Positions 27,712 through 36,934 of a stretch of 64,000 nucleotides of DNA are shown piece by piece. The DNA is from an uncultured virus (IMG/VR IMGVR_UViG_3300042445_003239) (taxonomy: Duplodnaviria; Heunggongvirae; Uroviricota; Caudoviricetes): IMG/VR virus record IMGVR_UViG_3300042445_003239. One strand, 5' to 3'. The position numbers and the translations under genes are program-made. The notes under the pieces are model-generated. The model made no database searches and was not told the DNA's origin. It saw only the letters and a program-made list of their open reading frames with translations. Position 1 is the first letter of the stretch. Each line of letters begins with the position of its first letter.

Positions 27712-28092
27712 ATGGAACTTCGCAGCTTTAATGAATGGTCGCAACGCGGTTATAAAATTCTCAAAGGCGAGAAGGCAATAGCTCGAATGAATGATGGCAC
27801 TCCATTGTTTAGTGAAGATCAGGTTGAGAAACCATTGTCTCCTCGCGCTCGTAGATTTATTGAACAATCACAAAAAGAGTATGATGCTTATTATAAAGCC
27901 CATTATGATAGTCGACCTAAAGATCATGGCTCACCTGTTTGTGATGCCACTGGAGCAGAAATAGGCACCCGTATCTACCACAAATATGGTGATGTATGGG
28001 AAGCTCATACTGTTTATCCGAATGGTGCAGGAGTGTGGCACGGTGGTGGACCGTGCGGGGATTTATATTACGACGAATTTGGAAATACTTAA
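27712..28092 (+). CDS. hypothetical protein
   Basis: SFNEWSQRGYKILKGEKA...LFSEDQV (ArdC-like fragment). Confidence 0.6.
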   Translation: MELRSFNEWSQRGYKILKGEKAIARMNDGTPLFSEDQVEKPLSPRARRFIEQSQKEYDAYYKAHYDSRPKDHGSPVCDATGAEIGTRIYHKYGDVWEAHTVYPNGAGVWHGGGPCGDLYYDEFGNT

Positions 28093-28098
28093 ACAACT

Positions 28099-28329
28099 AT
28101 GAAACATAAATTTTATTATTACGAATATTCTGATGATGGTGGAGTAACATGGACGAGGGGTGATTATCGTCGTTATCTCATGCCGATTGTAGAATTGGCA
28201 AATGCGCAGCCTTATCGTTTTCGTGTTTGTGATCAAGATGATGTCGTGATAGATTCTGTAGAAATACAAGAAGCAACTGACCAAATACGTTTAATGAATT
28301 TAGTCTTTGGTAAAGAAGGTCAATTATGA
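28099..28329 (+). CDS. hypothetical protein
   Basis: 76-aa ORF. Confidence 0.55.
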   Translation: MKHKFYYYEYSDDGGVTWTRGDYRRYLMPIVELANAQPYRFRVCDQDDVVIDSVEIQEATDQIRLMNLVFGKEGQL

Positions 28330-28538
28330 AACTAATCAAAGCGGGTAATAAACACAAAAGAATCTGGCGTGGAACATGTCGACATTGCGACTCAGAGTTT
28401 GAAGATACAGATGAAACCGTAAGACTCGGAGTTGTTGAAAGTTGTCCTCGCGAACATTATGAATTTGCGCATTGTGATTGTCCAGAGTGTGGAAGTAAAG
28501 CTGGATGGGCAGTCATTCTTTATCCCGTTGAATTTTAA
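28326..28538 (+). CDS. zinc-ribbon protein
   Basis: CRHC...CPEC. Confidence 0.65.
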   Translation: MKLIKAGNKHKRIWRGTCRHCDSEFEDTDETVRLGVVESCPREHYEFAHCDCPECGSKAGWAVILYPVEF

Positions 28539-28544
28539 TAAAAT

Positions 28545-28862
28545 ATGAAAAATAAACCAGAAGATTTTAAAGTATATCATCATGCAGTGCCTCAAAAGGA
28601 GGACATCTATTCATACACAAATGTTTGTGTTTTGCCTGAACTCTATGGCAAAGTATGGAATGACATTGCACTCGCTTATGTCCTATCATTAGAGCCAACA
28701 GCAATTCGTGTCTCAACAGGCATGGTGACTCTTGACAGCTACACTGGACGTATCACGGTTATTGTTGATGAGGCTGATGTTATTCAGAGTATTGATAAGG
28801 AGGTGAGAATCCCATTACCAGAGGGCGTTAAAAATGCTTATGATTTAAAGTGTAAACTATGA
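28545..28862 (+). CDS. hypothetical protein (peptidase-inhibitor I78-like C-terminus)
   Basis: IRV..GMVTLD...RITVIVD...I. Confidence 0.5.
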   Translation: MKNKPEDFKVYHHAVPQKEDIYSYTNVCVLPELYGKVWNDIALAYVLSLEPTAIRVSTGMVTLDSYTGRITVIVDEADVIQSIDKEVRIPLPEGVKNAYDLKCKL

Positions 28863-29059
28863 TGAACATCAAATATGAAATAGCAGGATCATCCATCTTA
28901 AACGACTTGCTATATGCATTTAGCGGTGTTTGCATTGACGGATTGTCTGCTAGTAATCTTCCTAGCTCCTTACACACCGATGTTTGGTATCCTGTTGACT
29001 TTCAAGTACGAGCTTCAATCATCAGCGAAATAAGAGAATATGAACACTGTAAAAATTAA
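28859..29059 (+). CDS. degenerate SVxx-family mini-protein
   Basis: MNIKYEI...IREYEH termini match the family. Confidence 0.5.
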   Translation: MMNIKYEIAGSSILNDLLYAFSGVCIDGLSASNLPSSLHTDVWYPVDFQVRASIISEIREYEHCKN

Positions 29060-29255
29060 CAAACGTGACATGATTCGGCTGCCATCCGAATGTTTTCAAA
29101 TTGCCGAGGCTGTGCGCATGAGCTCCTCATATGAGCTGCTCAACAATATAACCGAAAGATTTAATCTTGACGATAATGGCCTCTTTTGGATTGTTGAGGC
29201 TGCCTCCTTTCATAACACACAAATAAAAATACACAATGGAAAAAATAACATTTGA
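29040..29255 (+). CDS. hypothetical protein
   Basis: 71-aa ORF coupled via GAATATGA. Confidence 0.45.
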   Translation: MNTVKINKRDMIRLPSECFQIAEAVRMSSSYELLNNITERFNLDDNGLFWIVEAASFHNTQIKIHNGKNNI

Positions 29256-29571
29256 AGAACTGCGAAACTATATCATCTCACAAGATGATGAACGCGCAGT
29301 GAATATGGCGCACAATCATTATAGAGATAGTTGTGGTTGTGTAATGATGCACTATGCATTTGACTTTTTGGATGTTGAAAATCCATGCGCAGGCTATGCT
29401 TCTATCTTTGATGAAAATGAAAACGAGGTTGCTCAATTATCGTTTAATATAAATGATCTCATCCACAATGCATTCACCAGTGAAGCTCGCACCTATGGTG
29501 AACTAAAGAACGAATTGCAGAAAAGTCCGCGGCATGATGCTCTTGGAGACGCCTCAAACGATTTTTTGTGA
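29236..29571 (+). CDS. hypothetical protein
   Basis: 111-aa ORF. Confidence 0.55.
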   Translation: MEKITFEELRNYIISQDDERAVNMAHNHYRDSCGCVMMHYAFDFLDVENPCAGYASIFDENENEVAQLSFNINDLIHNAFTSEARTYGELKNELQKSPRHDALGDASNDFL

Positions 29572-29628
29572 AAAAAATGCATTTTTCTTCATTTTTTTAT
29601 TTACAAGCAGCGTTTTTTAGTGTATAAT
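29572..29628 (+). promoter_or_regulatory. early promoter (PeSL-like family)
   Basis: TTTACA 29600-05, TATAAT 29623-28. Confidence 0.8.
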
Positions 29629-29655
29629 AATCTTGTAGCCAGTACCACACAGTTT

Positions 29656-29880
29656 ATGAATATCCACACCGTTACTCTTAACTTAAACAAGATATCGAGA
29701 GGATATTACACAAACACCTATGGCTCGATGACAATCACCGTTTCAAATTCGGCAGCTGTCATTGGCGGAAAGCCTCAATGGCAAATCACCATCATAGATG
29801 GCAATGAAATTGAGCTTAGCGCCTTTGCAAATACAAAAGCTGAATGCTACATGATTGGAGTAAAACACCTAACAAAATAA
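29656..29880 (+). CDS. hypothetical early protein
   Basis: ATG after promoter. Confidence 0.55.
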   Translation: MNIHTVTLNLNKISRGYYTNTYGSMTITVSNSAAVIGGKPQWQITIIDGNEIELSAFANTKAECYMIGVKHLTK

Positions 29881-30148
29881 CAACGCGCATAATATGATCC
29901 GACGAATCCTGCAAAAAATTAAGCTAACATTCAAACGCAAACAACCAAAGTATGGAGCAAACATTTTCAAATCACAGTCATGGATCGAGCGGCAAATTGC
30001 TGATGAACTCTACAAGCGGAATATGCTACTTGGAACTGGGTTCAGCAGCGCATCCTTTCCTAAACGAAAATAATTATGAAAGTTATCTTCAAGGATTGCG
30101 TGAATGTGCTTCTCTTGGAGAAAATAAAATTTCAGGTGTGGTTACCTC

Positions 30149-30184
30149 GTCCCGGGAGATCACACGCGTGTGATCTCCCGGGAC
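30149..30184. repeat. perfect 36-bp palindrome
   Basis: GTCCCGGGAGATCACACG|CGTGTGATCTCCCGGGAC. Confidence 0.95.
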
Positions 30185-30217
30185 AAAATTTCCTAAGATA
30201 AAAGATTCATTTTTTAT

Positions 30218-30246
30218 TTTACAAACTCACACTAACCGTATATAAT
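30218..30246 (+). promoter_or_regulatory. early promoter
   Basis: TTTACA-17-TATAAT. Confidence 0.8.
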
Positions 30247-30267
30247 AAATCTGTAACAAATATCACT

Positions 30268-30459
30268 ATGAACACAAACACACAAACACAAGTCGTTAAA
30301 AGCAATTGGTCAGTCCGTTTTGGAGCTGTGAAAAGCGTTGATGTATCTGATGTACAATTCAAGCCAAAAGCAAAGGCTAATCAATACATTCGTAACAAAA
30401 CATATCTCAAGCGTCCAAGTATTAATCTTAAAAGCATGAGCAACTCTGAAGCATACTAA
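30268..30459 (+). CDS. hypothetical protein
   Basis: 63-aa ORF after promoter. Confidence 0.55.
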   Translation: MNTNTQTQVVKSNWSVRFGAVKSVDVSDVQFKPKAKANQYIRNKTYLKRPSINLKSMSNSEAY

Positions 30460-30537
30460 CTATGATTGCAATCATACTAATTTTCGTATTAATCTTCATT
30501 CTTCGCGATGCAGAAAACTCTCACAAATAAACATACT

Positions 30538-31518
30538 ATGTCAGAAAAACAAAAAATTGATAAGCTCACTCCTGAGCAAGAAGCTAAGATGCCCGAATAT
30601 GTCGCAAAATGGATTGCGGTTGGTACTGATACTGCTCGTCTTGATCCTACTCGAACCAAGAAGACAGTTGATCAGTATCGCGCGCTCATTAACCGTCCTG
30701 TAGATGTGCCGCTGATTATTCTTGACAATCCATTGGAGGCTTGGGCTGCGTGTCACCTCTTGAGCAACTTTAATGTAAGCTTTGAAAATTTGAATGCTGA
30801 GCTTGATAGTGTCTTCAATGGCAATACTAAGAAGTATGATATTCCCGCTGCACAACTCCCATGGCAGAGTGGCTCATTCTTCGCTGCAACCTTCTCCTTC
30901 TATGACTTTATGTTTGAAGAAGTTGGGGTGGAGGTAGACGCTGAGCTCTACGCTAAGTATAAGACATGGGAAGCAACGGCGCAACTTGGCTGTATCTACC
31001 CTATGGAAGAATATACCATTGTGTGCGAGAAGCCTACTGAAATCTTCCTCAATGAAGAGAATCGCTTGCATCGTGATGGCGGAGCTGCGCTAACTTATGC
31101 TGGTCGTGGTGACCTTAAGGTCTATTCCCTCAACGGTGTTCGTGTGCCAGAGTATATTGCCGTGACTCCTGAAGAGAAGTTGGATCTTGAGTACTACAAG
31201 ACTATTCAAAACGCTGACGTGAAAGCTGAGTTTGTGCGCAAGGCTGGTATCGAACGCTTCAAGAGCTTAGGCAAATTGCTTGATACCTATCAGAACTATA
31301 CTGGTGCTGAATATGAGTGGTGGGTCAAGAGTCAATACGAGCTCTGGGATATGGAAGCAATCTTTGATGGCTTGTCTAGTGCGCCATATCTCAGCATGGT
31401 CAATCAGACTACTAGTATCTTCCACTTTGAAGGTGTATCGCCAGACTGTAAAGATCTAGTGAGTGCAATCAAACAACGTCTAGGTGGACGTGATATGATC
31501 ATCTCTACAATCGCATAA
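30538..31518 (+). CDS. DUF6745-like protein
   Basis: IDKLTPEQEAKMPEY..KW N-terminus; CEKP.....NEENRLHRDGGAAL.Y...YSLNGVRVP; C-terminal Y..MV...T...HFEGV. Confidence 0.7.
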   Translation: MSEKQKIDKLTPEQEAKMPEYVAKWIAVGTDTARLDPTRTKKTVDQYRALINRPVDVPLIILDNPLEAWAACHLLSNFNVSFENLNAELDSVFNGNTKKYDIPAAQLPWQSGSFFAATFSFYDFMFEEVGVEVDAELYAKYKTWEATAQLGCIYPMEEYTIVCEKPTEIFLNEENRLHRDGGAALTYAGRGDLKVYSLNGVRVPEYIAVTPEEKLDLEYYKTIQNADVKAEFVRKAGIERFKSLGKLLDTYQNYTGAEYEWWVKSQYELWDMEAIFDGLSSAPYLSMVNQTTSIFHFEGVSPDCKDLVSAIKQRLGGRDMIISTIA

Positions 31519-31559
31519 ATAATCCTAGCAATTAACAAACAGTAAACTATAATATAGAT

Positions 31560-31892
31560 ATGAAACCAAACGTAATCCTCCATGGCGAAGCCATGTTGTT
31601 CCCCGCAGAACTGCCAGCAGATGCAGTTGAAATTAAGCCTACTAACAACGATCTGCATATTATTGCAGACAGTGAGACGACTGGCAATCACCATGTCGTT
31701 GATATGGTAGCAGGCACTAAAGTGTTTCGCTCTGGCGATCGTACATTCATTCGCAACTCTAAACCTACTCAGGTGCGTTGCGTGCATGCTAATCGTCACG
31801 ATGCTATCGCTATGCCTCCTGGTGTATGGGAAGTTGGCATTCAACAAGAGTATGATCACTTTGCACAAAACATGCGAGCAGTTCGCGACTAA
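31560..31892 (+). CDS. conserved partner of DUF6745-like proteins (His-rich beta protein)
   Basis: HGE, SETTGNHH, H...H, PPGVWEVGIQQEYD...RAVRD. Confidence 0.7.
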   Translation: MKPNVILHGEAMLFPAELPADAVEIKPTNNDLHIIADSETTGNHHVVDMVAGTKVFRSGDRTFIRNSKPTQVRCVHANRHDAIAMPPGVWEVGIQQEYDHFAQNMRAVRD

Positions 31893-31912
31893 GCTTTAAC
31901 ACAAATAGATAT

Positions 31913-31951
31913 AGCGAGGAGTTTGTATTATAATAAGCTCCTCGCTTTTTT
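31913..31951 (+). terminator. rho-independent terminator
   Basis: AGCGAGGAG...CTCCTCGCT followed by a T tract. Confidence 0.75.
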
Positions 31952-31956
31952 GTTGT

Positions 31957-33879
31957 ATGAATATTGAAAAGGTAATATATACCTCAGTTTATGACTCAGT
32001 TAATAACTCAGTCGAAAAATCAGTTAGCGGCTCAGTTTGGGACTCAGTTAATAACTCAGTTTATGACTCAGTTGATATCTCAGTTTATGGCTCAGTTGAG
32101 AGCTCTGTTGAGAGCTCTGTTAACGCTGCAGTAAAAGAATATGAATATTGAAAAGGAAGTATATAGTGCAGTTTATGACTCAGTTCGTAGCTCAGTTCGT
32201 AGCTCAGTTTGGAACTTAGTTAGCGGCTCAGTTCGTAACTCAGTTTGGAACACTGTTGACATTACAATAAAAGAATATGAATACGAATATTAAAAAGGAA
32301 ATAGATGGCTCAGTTAATAACTCAGTTAATAGATCAGTTAGTAGCTCAGTTTTTGATACAGTATATAATTCTGTTCATATATTACCTATCACCACGATTG
32401 GTAGCAAGGTCACTCAGCCTGTTGCTGGTTCAGTTGGCATTTCTGTTGGTATTAATATAAAGAGTGAAATAAAAGAATATGGATATTAAACAAGATTTGC
32501 GGCAAGAGCTATGGTCTGCAACATGGGAGTATGTTTTGGATAATGGTGATAGAATAACAGGTACCCTACCAACAATATCGCTTTATAATAGTGTTCGTAA
32601 CTCGTTTCAGGATTCTATAGGAGATGCTGGGCGGTACAATAATTTAGCAGCACACATAGCAGAGTATGGATATTAAAAAGGAAATATATTATTCAGTCGA
32701 TGACTCAGTTAATCGCTCAGTTGATGTCTCACTTCGTAAGATAGTTTATGACTCAGTCTATGACTCAGTCTATGACTCAGTTAGTGACTCAGTACATGGC
32801 TCAGTTTGGGACTCAGTTAGGAACTCAGTACATGACTCAGTTAATGTCTCAGCTTATGTCTCAGTTTATGGCTCAGTTGAGAGCTCTGTTAATATTACAC
32901 TAAGGGAGTATGAATATTGAAAAGGAAATATATAGTGCAGTTTATGACTCAGTTCGTAGCTCAGTTCGTAGCTCAGTTCGTAACTTAGTTTATAACTCAG
33001 TTTATAACTCAGTTTATAACTCAGTTTATGACTCAGTTTTTGTCTCAGTTTGGGACTCAGTTGATGACAATTTGCGGAGTGAAATAGAAGAGTATGAATA
33101 TTGAAAAGGAAATAGATGACTCAGTTAATAACTCAGTCCGTGACTCAGTACATGGCTCAGTTTATGGCTCAGTTTGGGTCTCAGTTTGGGGCTCAGTTCA
33201 TGACTCAGTTAGGAACTCAGTTAGGAACTCAGCTGGTATCTCAGTTAGTGACTCAGTTAGGAACTCTGTTAATATTACACTAAGGGAGTATGAATATTGA
33301 AAAGGAAATATATAGTGCAGTTTATGACTCAGTTAATATCTCAGTTATTAACTCAGTTTGGAACTCAGTTTGGGGCTCAGTTCGTAACTCAGTTAGGAAC
33401 ACTGTTGACATTGCAATACAAGAATATGAATATTGAAAAGGAAGTATATAGCTCAGTTTGTAACTCAGTTAGCGGCTCAGTTTGGGACTCAGTTAATAAC
33501 TCAGTCCGTGACTCAGTACATGGCTCAGTTTATGTCTCAGTTTGGGGCTCAGTTTATGACTCAGTTAGAGACTCAGTTTATGGCTCAGTTTATGACTCAG
33601 TTAGCATTGCGATAAAGGATTATGAATATGACAAAGCAATCAATTGAAGTTTGTGTTTGGAACACGGTGTGGCGTGATGTTGATTTTTTGCGTGTTGCTT
33701 TAAAAAAGAATGTTGCAGATCACGTCGATGATGACCCTTTGCATAAAGCATTGAGTAATGTTCCACGCAATATTATAAACACAATTGGTGGTAATGTTCC
33801 ATTCGTCGGCGGTTTTGAATTAAAGTCAATTCTCAACAATACGCTCTTAGAGCACCAATATATAAACTATGAAATTTGA
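31957..33879 (+). repeat. tandem array of ten SVxx-family mini-ORFs (31957-32151, 32141-32293, 32277-32489, 32479-32676, 32666-32920, 32910-33104, 33094-33300, 33290-33436, 33426-33647, 33622-33879)
   Basis: M(N/D)I(E/K)KE(I/V)-(SVxx)n-(K/R/E/Q)EY(E/G)Y; junction GARTATGAATATTGA gives 11-nt start/stop overlaps. Confidence 0.85.
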
Positions 33880-34033
33880 TTTTACAGTCTCTGAAGGTTG
33901 GATGTGGGTCATGTGCGCCATTCTGCTAATCAAGCTGGTTGACGTAATTTGGCGATCAATAAATGGTGACTATTAAGCTGTGCTTTTGTATAAATATGTT
34001 TGAGAAATCATTCTCAAATAACCACAAAAACAT

Positions 34034-34231
34034 ATGATTGAACAACTCGTAACTCTAATCCAAAATTACCCATGGTTTGCTGTAGTGACTGCTGCGGTAT
34101 CATTAGCTAGTGCAATTGCAAGCATTACACCAACACCAGCCCCTGGGACTAAACTTGCAAAGGTTTATGCTGTAATTGATTTTATTGCTCTTAATATCGG
34201 CAAGGCAAAAGATACAGGTGTAAAAAAGTAA
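34034..34231 (+). CDS. putative holin
   Basis: Late promoter TATAAATA 33989-96; small TM protein with ITPTP and IALNIGKAK. Confidence 0.55.
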   Translation: MIEQLVTLIQNYPWFAVVTAAVSLASAIASITPTPAPGTKLAKVYAVIDFIALNIGKAKDTGVKK

Positions 34232-34232
34232 G

Positions 34233-34466
34233 ATGAACGTCTTTACTGCACTATTGCTTGCCATAACAGCGCTTGCAAATCAATATGCTGAATACCTTAA
34301 AAATAAACGTGAAAACGAAATTGATGAACTTGAAGATGAAATTGATCGTTTGGCCGCTGATGGTTCTCCTGCCAGTAAGTTGCGCTTGGAGAGATTATCA
34401 AAAAGAATCAAACGAAAGACTCAACTCCTCACAGCTATATACACCCGAGACGATAACACTAAGTGA
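34233..34466 (+). CDS. putative inner-membrane spanin
   Basis: N-terminal TM helix followed by coiled coil. Confidence 0.45.
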   Translation: MNVFTALLLAITALANQYAEYLKNKRENEIDELEDEIDRLAADGSPASKLRLERLSKRIKRKTQLLTAIYTRDDNTK

Positions 34467-34572
34467 CGGTGTAACATATCAGTTTAAAGAGGGAATACTC
34501 ACTGGTCGTGGTGAAAAGTATCACAGCGACTATAGCTATCGGAGAGCAATCATTATTGGAAACGGCAATTAA
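34336..34572 (+). CDS. putative outer-membrane lipoprotein spanin (overlapping)
   Basis: MKLIVWPLMVLLPVSC lipobox; starts inside the upstream ORF in another frame. Confidence 0.45.
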   Translation: MKLIVWPLMVLLPVSCAWRDYQKESNERLNSSQLYTPETITLSDGVTYQFKEGILTGRGEKYHSDYSYRRAIIIGNGN

Positions 34573-34648
34573 CAATAGTGCACTGGAAAACAACAAATTT
34601 AACGAGAGCCAAGGTATATTACATACCTTGGCTTTTTTCTTTATGTAT

Positions 34649-35398
34649 ATGAAAGCAAAAACTACAACCACACGCAAACCAAGGAAGCCAGCAGTCAATC
34701 AACACGATGAAAGCATTGAAAAATCATTGGCTGAAAACTTTAATTATAACATACGCATTAAAAAGCCATTTCATTTTAATGAAAAGCATCGCGCATTTTA
34801 TGAATGTTGTAAAGATGAGAGCTCAAATATCGTATTTGTTGACGGCAGCGCCGGCACAGCAAAGAGTTACATTGCAGTATTAGCAGCGCTCGAAACATTT
34901 AAAGAAAAGCGCACAAAACAAATCATTTATATACGCAGTGTGGTGGAAAGCGCCAGCCGCAGTATTGGGTTACTCCCAGGTGAAATTGATGACAAGTTTG
35001 GGCCTTATGCAATGCCACTCATTGAAAAGGTTCGAGAGATAACAGATGAATCTACTGCGCAATACCTCAAAGCAAATGGTGTGCTGCAAGCTATACCAGT
35101 AAACTTTGCACGCGGCTTAACATTCAACGATTCCTTTGTAATTATTGATGAAATTCAAAACATGACCAAATCTGAAATTGTTACAATCCTAACACGATTT
35201 GGTAAGAATACTCGTTATGTTATATGCGGTGACCTAAAGCAAACTGACATTGGTAAACTATCAGGTTATGCTGAAGTATATAACAAATTTGATACCGCTG
35301 AGTGCCGTGAAAATGGTATACACACGTTTAAGTTTAGCTATTCCGAAATTGTACGTTCGAAAATACTTAAATTCATTGTGAATATTCTCGAGGCATAA
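34649..35398 (+). CDS. phoH: PhoH-family ATPase
   Basis: GSAGTAKS, RSVVE, GLLPG, RGLTF, IDEIQN, LTRFG, GD..Q.D, IVRS. Confidence 0.92.
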   Translation: MKAKTTTTRKPRKPAVNQHDESIEKSLAENFNYNIRIKKPFHFNEKHRAFYECCKDESSNIVFVDGSAGTAKSYIAVLAALETFKEKRTKQIIYIRSVVESASRSIGLLPGEIDDKFGPYAMPLIEKVREITDESTAQYLKANGVLQAIPVNFARGLTFNDSFVIIDEIQNMTKSEIVTILTRFGKNTRYVICGDLKQTDIGKLSGYAEVYNKFDTAECRENGIHTFKFSYSEIVRSKILKFIVNILEA

Positions 35399-35421
35399 GC
35401 GCTAACTATAGCACCACTTTT

Positions 35422-35456
35422 AAGAGAGCAGGGAGTCATCTTTGCTCTCTTTTTTT
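35422..35456 (+). terminator. rho-independent terminator
   Basis: AAGAGAGCA...TGCTCTCTT plus T tract. Confidence 0.7.
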
Positions 35457-35503
35457 CTAAAAAAGTTATTTACATTTTCGATTTTTTTGATATAATAATC
35501 TAT

Positions 35504-35878
35504 ATGGAAAGTACAATACAAACCGATACATTAATGGGTAGACTATCAGCAATGGTATCTGCAAAAAAGAAAAAAGAATATGGCGAAAATCTGTTACAGG
35601 AACAGATGTTTTCTAGAGTTGTTTCATTGGTTGAAGATAAAAGTTTCCTTGAAGAAACCGTTTGCGATTCCACCGAAGGTGGTCACAATGTACATGATGC
35701 AGTATCTGATGTCTATACATATATTAAATTTGACCGTCCAAAGTTGCTTGACAAGATTATCATATCCGATCTTGAAGATAGCCTTGATGAATACACATCG
35801 TATTCAGTTGAATTACATGAACAAGACGGTTTTCACCTTAAACAACTAATTGATATTCGTAACATTATTTTCGCATGA
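35504..35878 (+). CDS. hypothetical protein
   Basis: After TTTACA(35469)/TATAAT(35491) promoter. Confidence 0.6.
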   Translation: MESTIQTDTLMGRLSAMVSAKKKKEYGENLLQEQMFSRVVSLVEDKSFLEETVCDSTEGGHNVHDAVSDVYTYIKFDRPKLLDKIIISDLEDSLDEYTSYSVELHEQDGFHLKQLIDIRNIIFA

Positions 35879-36537
35879 ATGTAGCAAACCTTAGAGATTA
35901 TTTTATACAAGCATATAAAGACCGTGACTTTGTGCTTGATAAGAATGGCGGTAGCACAATTGAACTTGTTGGTGCTAGCTTTATGGCTGATGAACCCGCA
36001 ATCTTTGGCGAACCTAATGATGACTATATCCAACGTGAATTGGAATGGTACCTATCACAAAGCTTGAGAGTAGCAGACATCCCAGGTGTCACTCCAAAGA
36101 TTTGGGAAAGCGTAGCATCGCGTGAAGGACTTATTAATAGTAACTATGGTTACCTTGTCTATAGTGCAGAAAACAAAAGTCAATATGATTCAGCACTTGC
36201 AGAGCTAAGAAATAATCCGTTTTCACGTCGTGCAATTATGATTTACACACGCCCTAGTATACAAACAGAATATTGCGCCGACGGCATGAGTGACTTTATT
36301 TGTACTAATGCAGTACAATACTTGCAGCGTAATGGCGCGCTCCATGCTGTTGTGCAGATGCGGAGCAATGATGTGGTCTTCGGATATCGCAATGACTATG
36401 CATGGCAGCTGTATGTCTTGCAGCAACTGGCAGCTGACCTAGGTGTCCCAGCTGGGAATATCACATGGCAAGTGGGCAGCTTGCACGTATATGAGCGGCA
36501 TTACAGCATGATTGAAAAATATATCGCACATGCATAA
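35875..36537 (+). CDS. dCMP hydroxymethylase (T4 gp42-like, thymidylate synthase fold)
   Basis: RELEWY, NSNYG, DFICTNAVQY, MRSNDVVFGYRNDYAWQ, GSLHVY - close to the T4 gp42 motifs. Confidence 0.88.
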   Translation: MNVANLRDYFIQAYKDRDFVLDKNGGSTIELVGASFMADEPAIFGEPNDDYIQRELEWYLSQSLRVADIPGVTPKIWESVASREGLINSNYGYLVYSAENKSQYDSALAELRNNPFSRRAIMIYTRPSIQTEYCADGMSDFICTNAVQYLQRNGALHAVVQMRSNDVVFGYRNDYAWQLYVLQQLAADLGVPAGNITWQVGSLHVYERHYSMIEKYIAHA

Positions 36538-36580
36538 CTTTTCCATTTACAATTCATCACAAACCGTATAATATAACAAC

Positions 36581-36913
36581 ATGAAGAAACAATCAATTAT
36601 AGTTCTTGAAGAGTGCGCTGAATTGCAGCTTAAGAAAAGTAATGACTATCAAAACCCACATAGCCGCATTCGTCAGGCTGACTATTATCCTCGCGGTGCC
36701 GCAAGTATCCTTGATATTATTCAAGCGAAAGTCTTGCGTATGTATAGCGTAATTGAAGCAATGGAAAGCGATCCTGATTATGTACCCAACTTTGAGAGCA
36801 TTGAAGATAGCGGTAAAGACTTGATTAATTATTCAAGCTTTCTCGTAGCATGGTGCCGTGGCGGTATTGATGGACAAGACACTAATCGTGACTTCTTAAA
36901 CAGAAGCAAATAA
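36581..36913 (+). CDS. nucleotide-modification-associated alpha-helical protein (DUF1599/Nmad1-like)
   Basis: LEECAELQLKKSNDY...ESIEDS..DLINY. Confidence 0.7.
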   Translation: MKKQSIIVLEECAELQLKKSNDYQNPHSRIRQADYYPRGAASILDIIQAKVLRMYSVIEAMESDPDYVPNFESIEDSGKDLINYSSFLVAWCRGGIDGQDTNRDFLNRSK

Positions 36914-36934
36914 TAATGCTATAGATACACTCAT

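Noticed and set aside
33297..33615. Track ORFs with AQF/TQL repeats (33297 N-part, 33433)
   Set aside because: Alternate-frame readings of the SVxx repeats; real ORFs start at 33290 and 33426
31957..33647. CRISPR array interpretation of the CTCAGTT repeats
   Set aside because: Period is 12 nt with only 5-6 variable bases, stays in frame as SVxx, and no cas genes are present
25914..33879. Diversity-generating retroelement behind SVxx variation
   Set aside because: No reverse transcriptase in the window, and variation is not evidently confined to adenine positions of a template
35875..36537. Ordinary ThyA thymidylate synthase
   Set aside because: Motifs match gp42-type dCMP hydroxymethylase (RNDYAWQ), and ThyX is present
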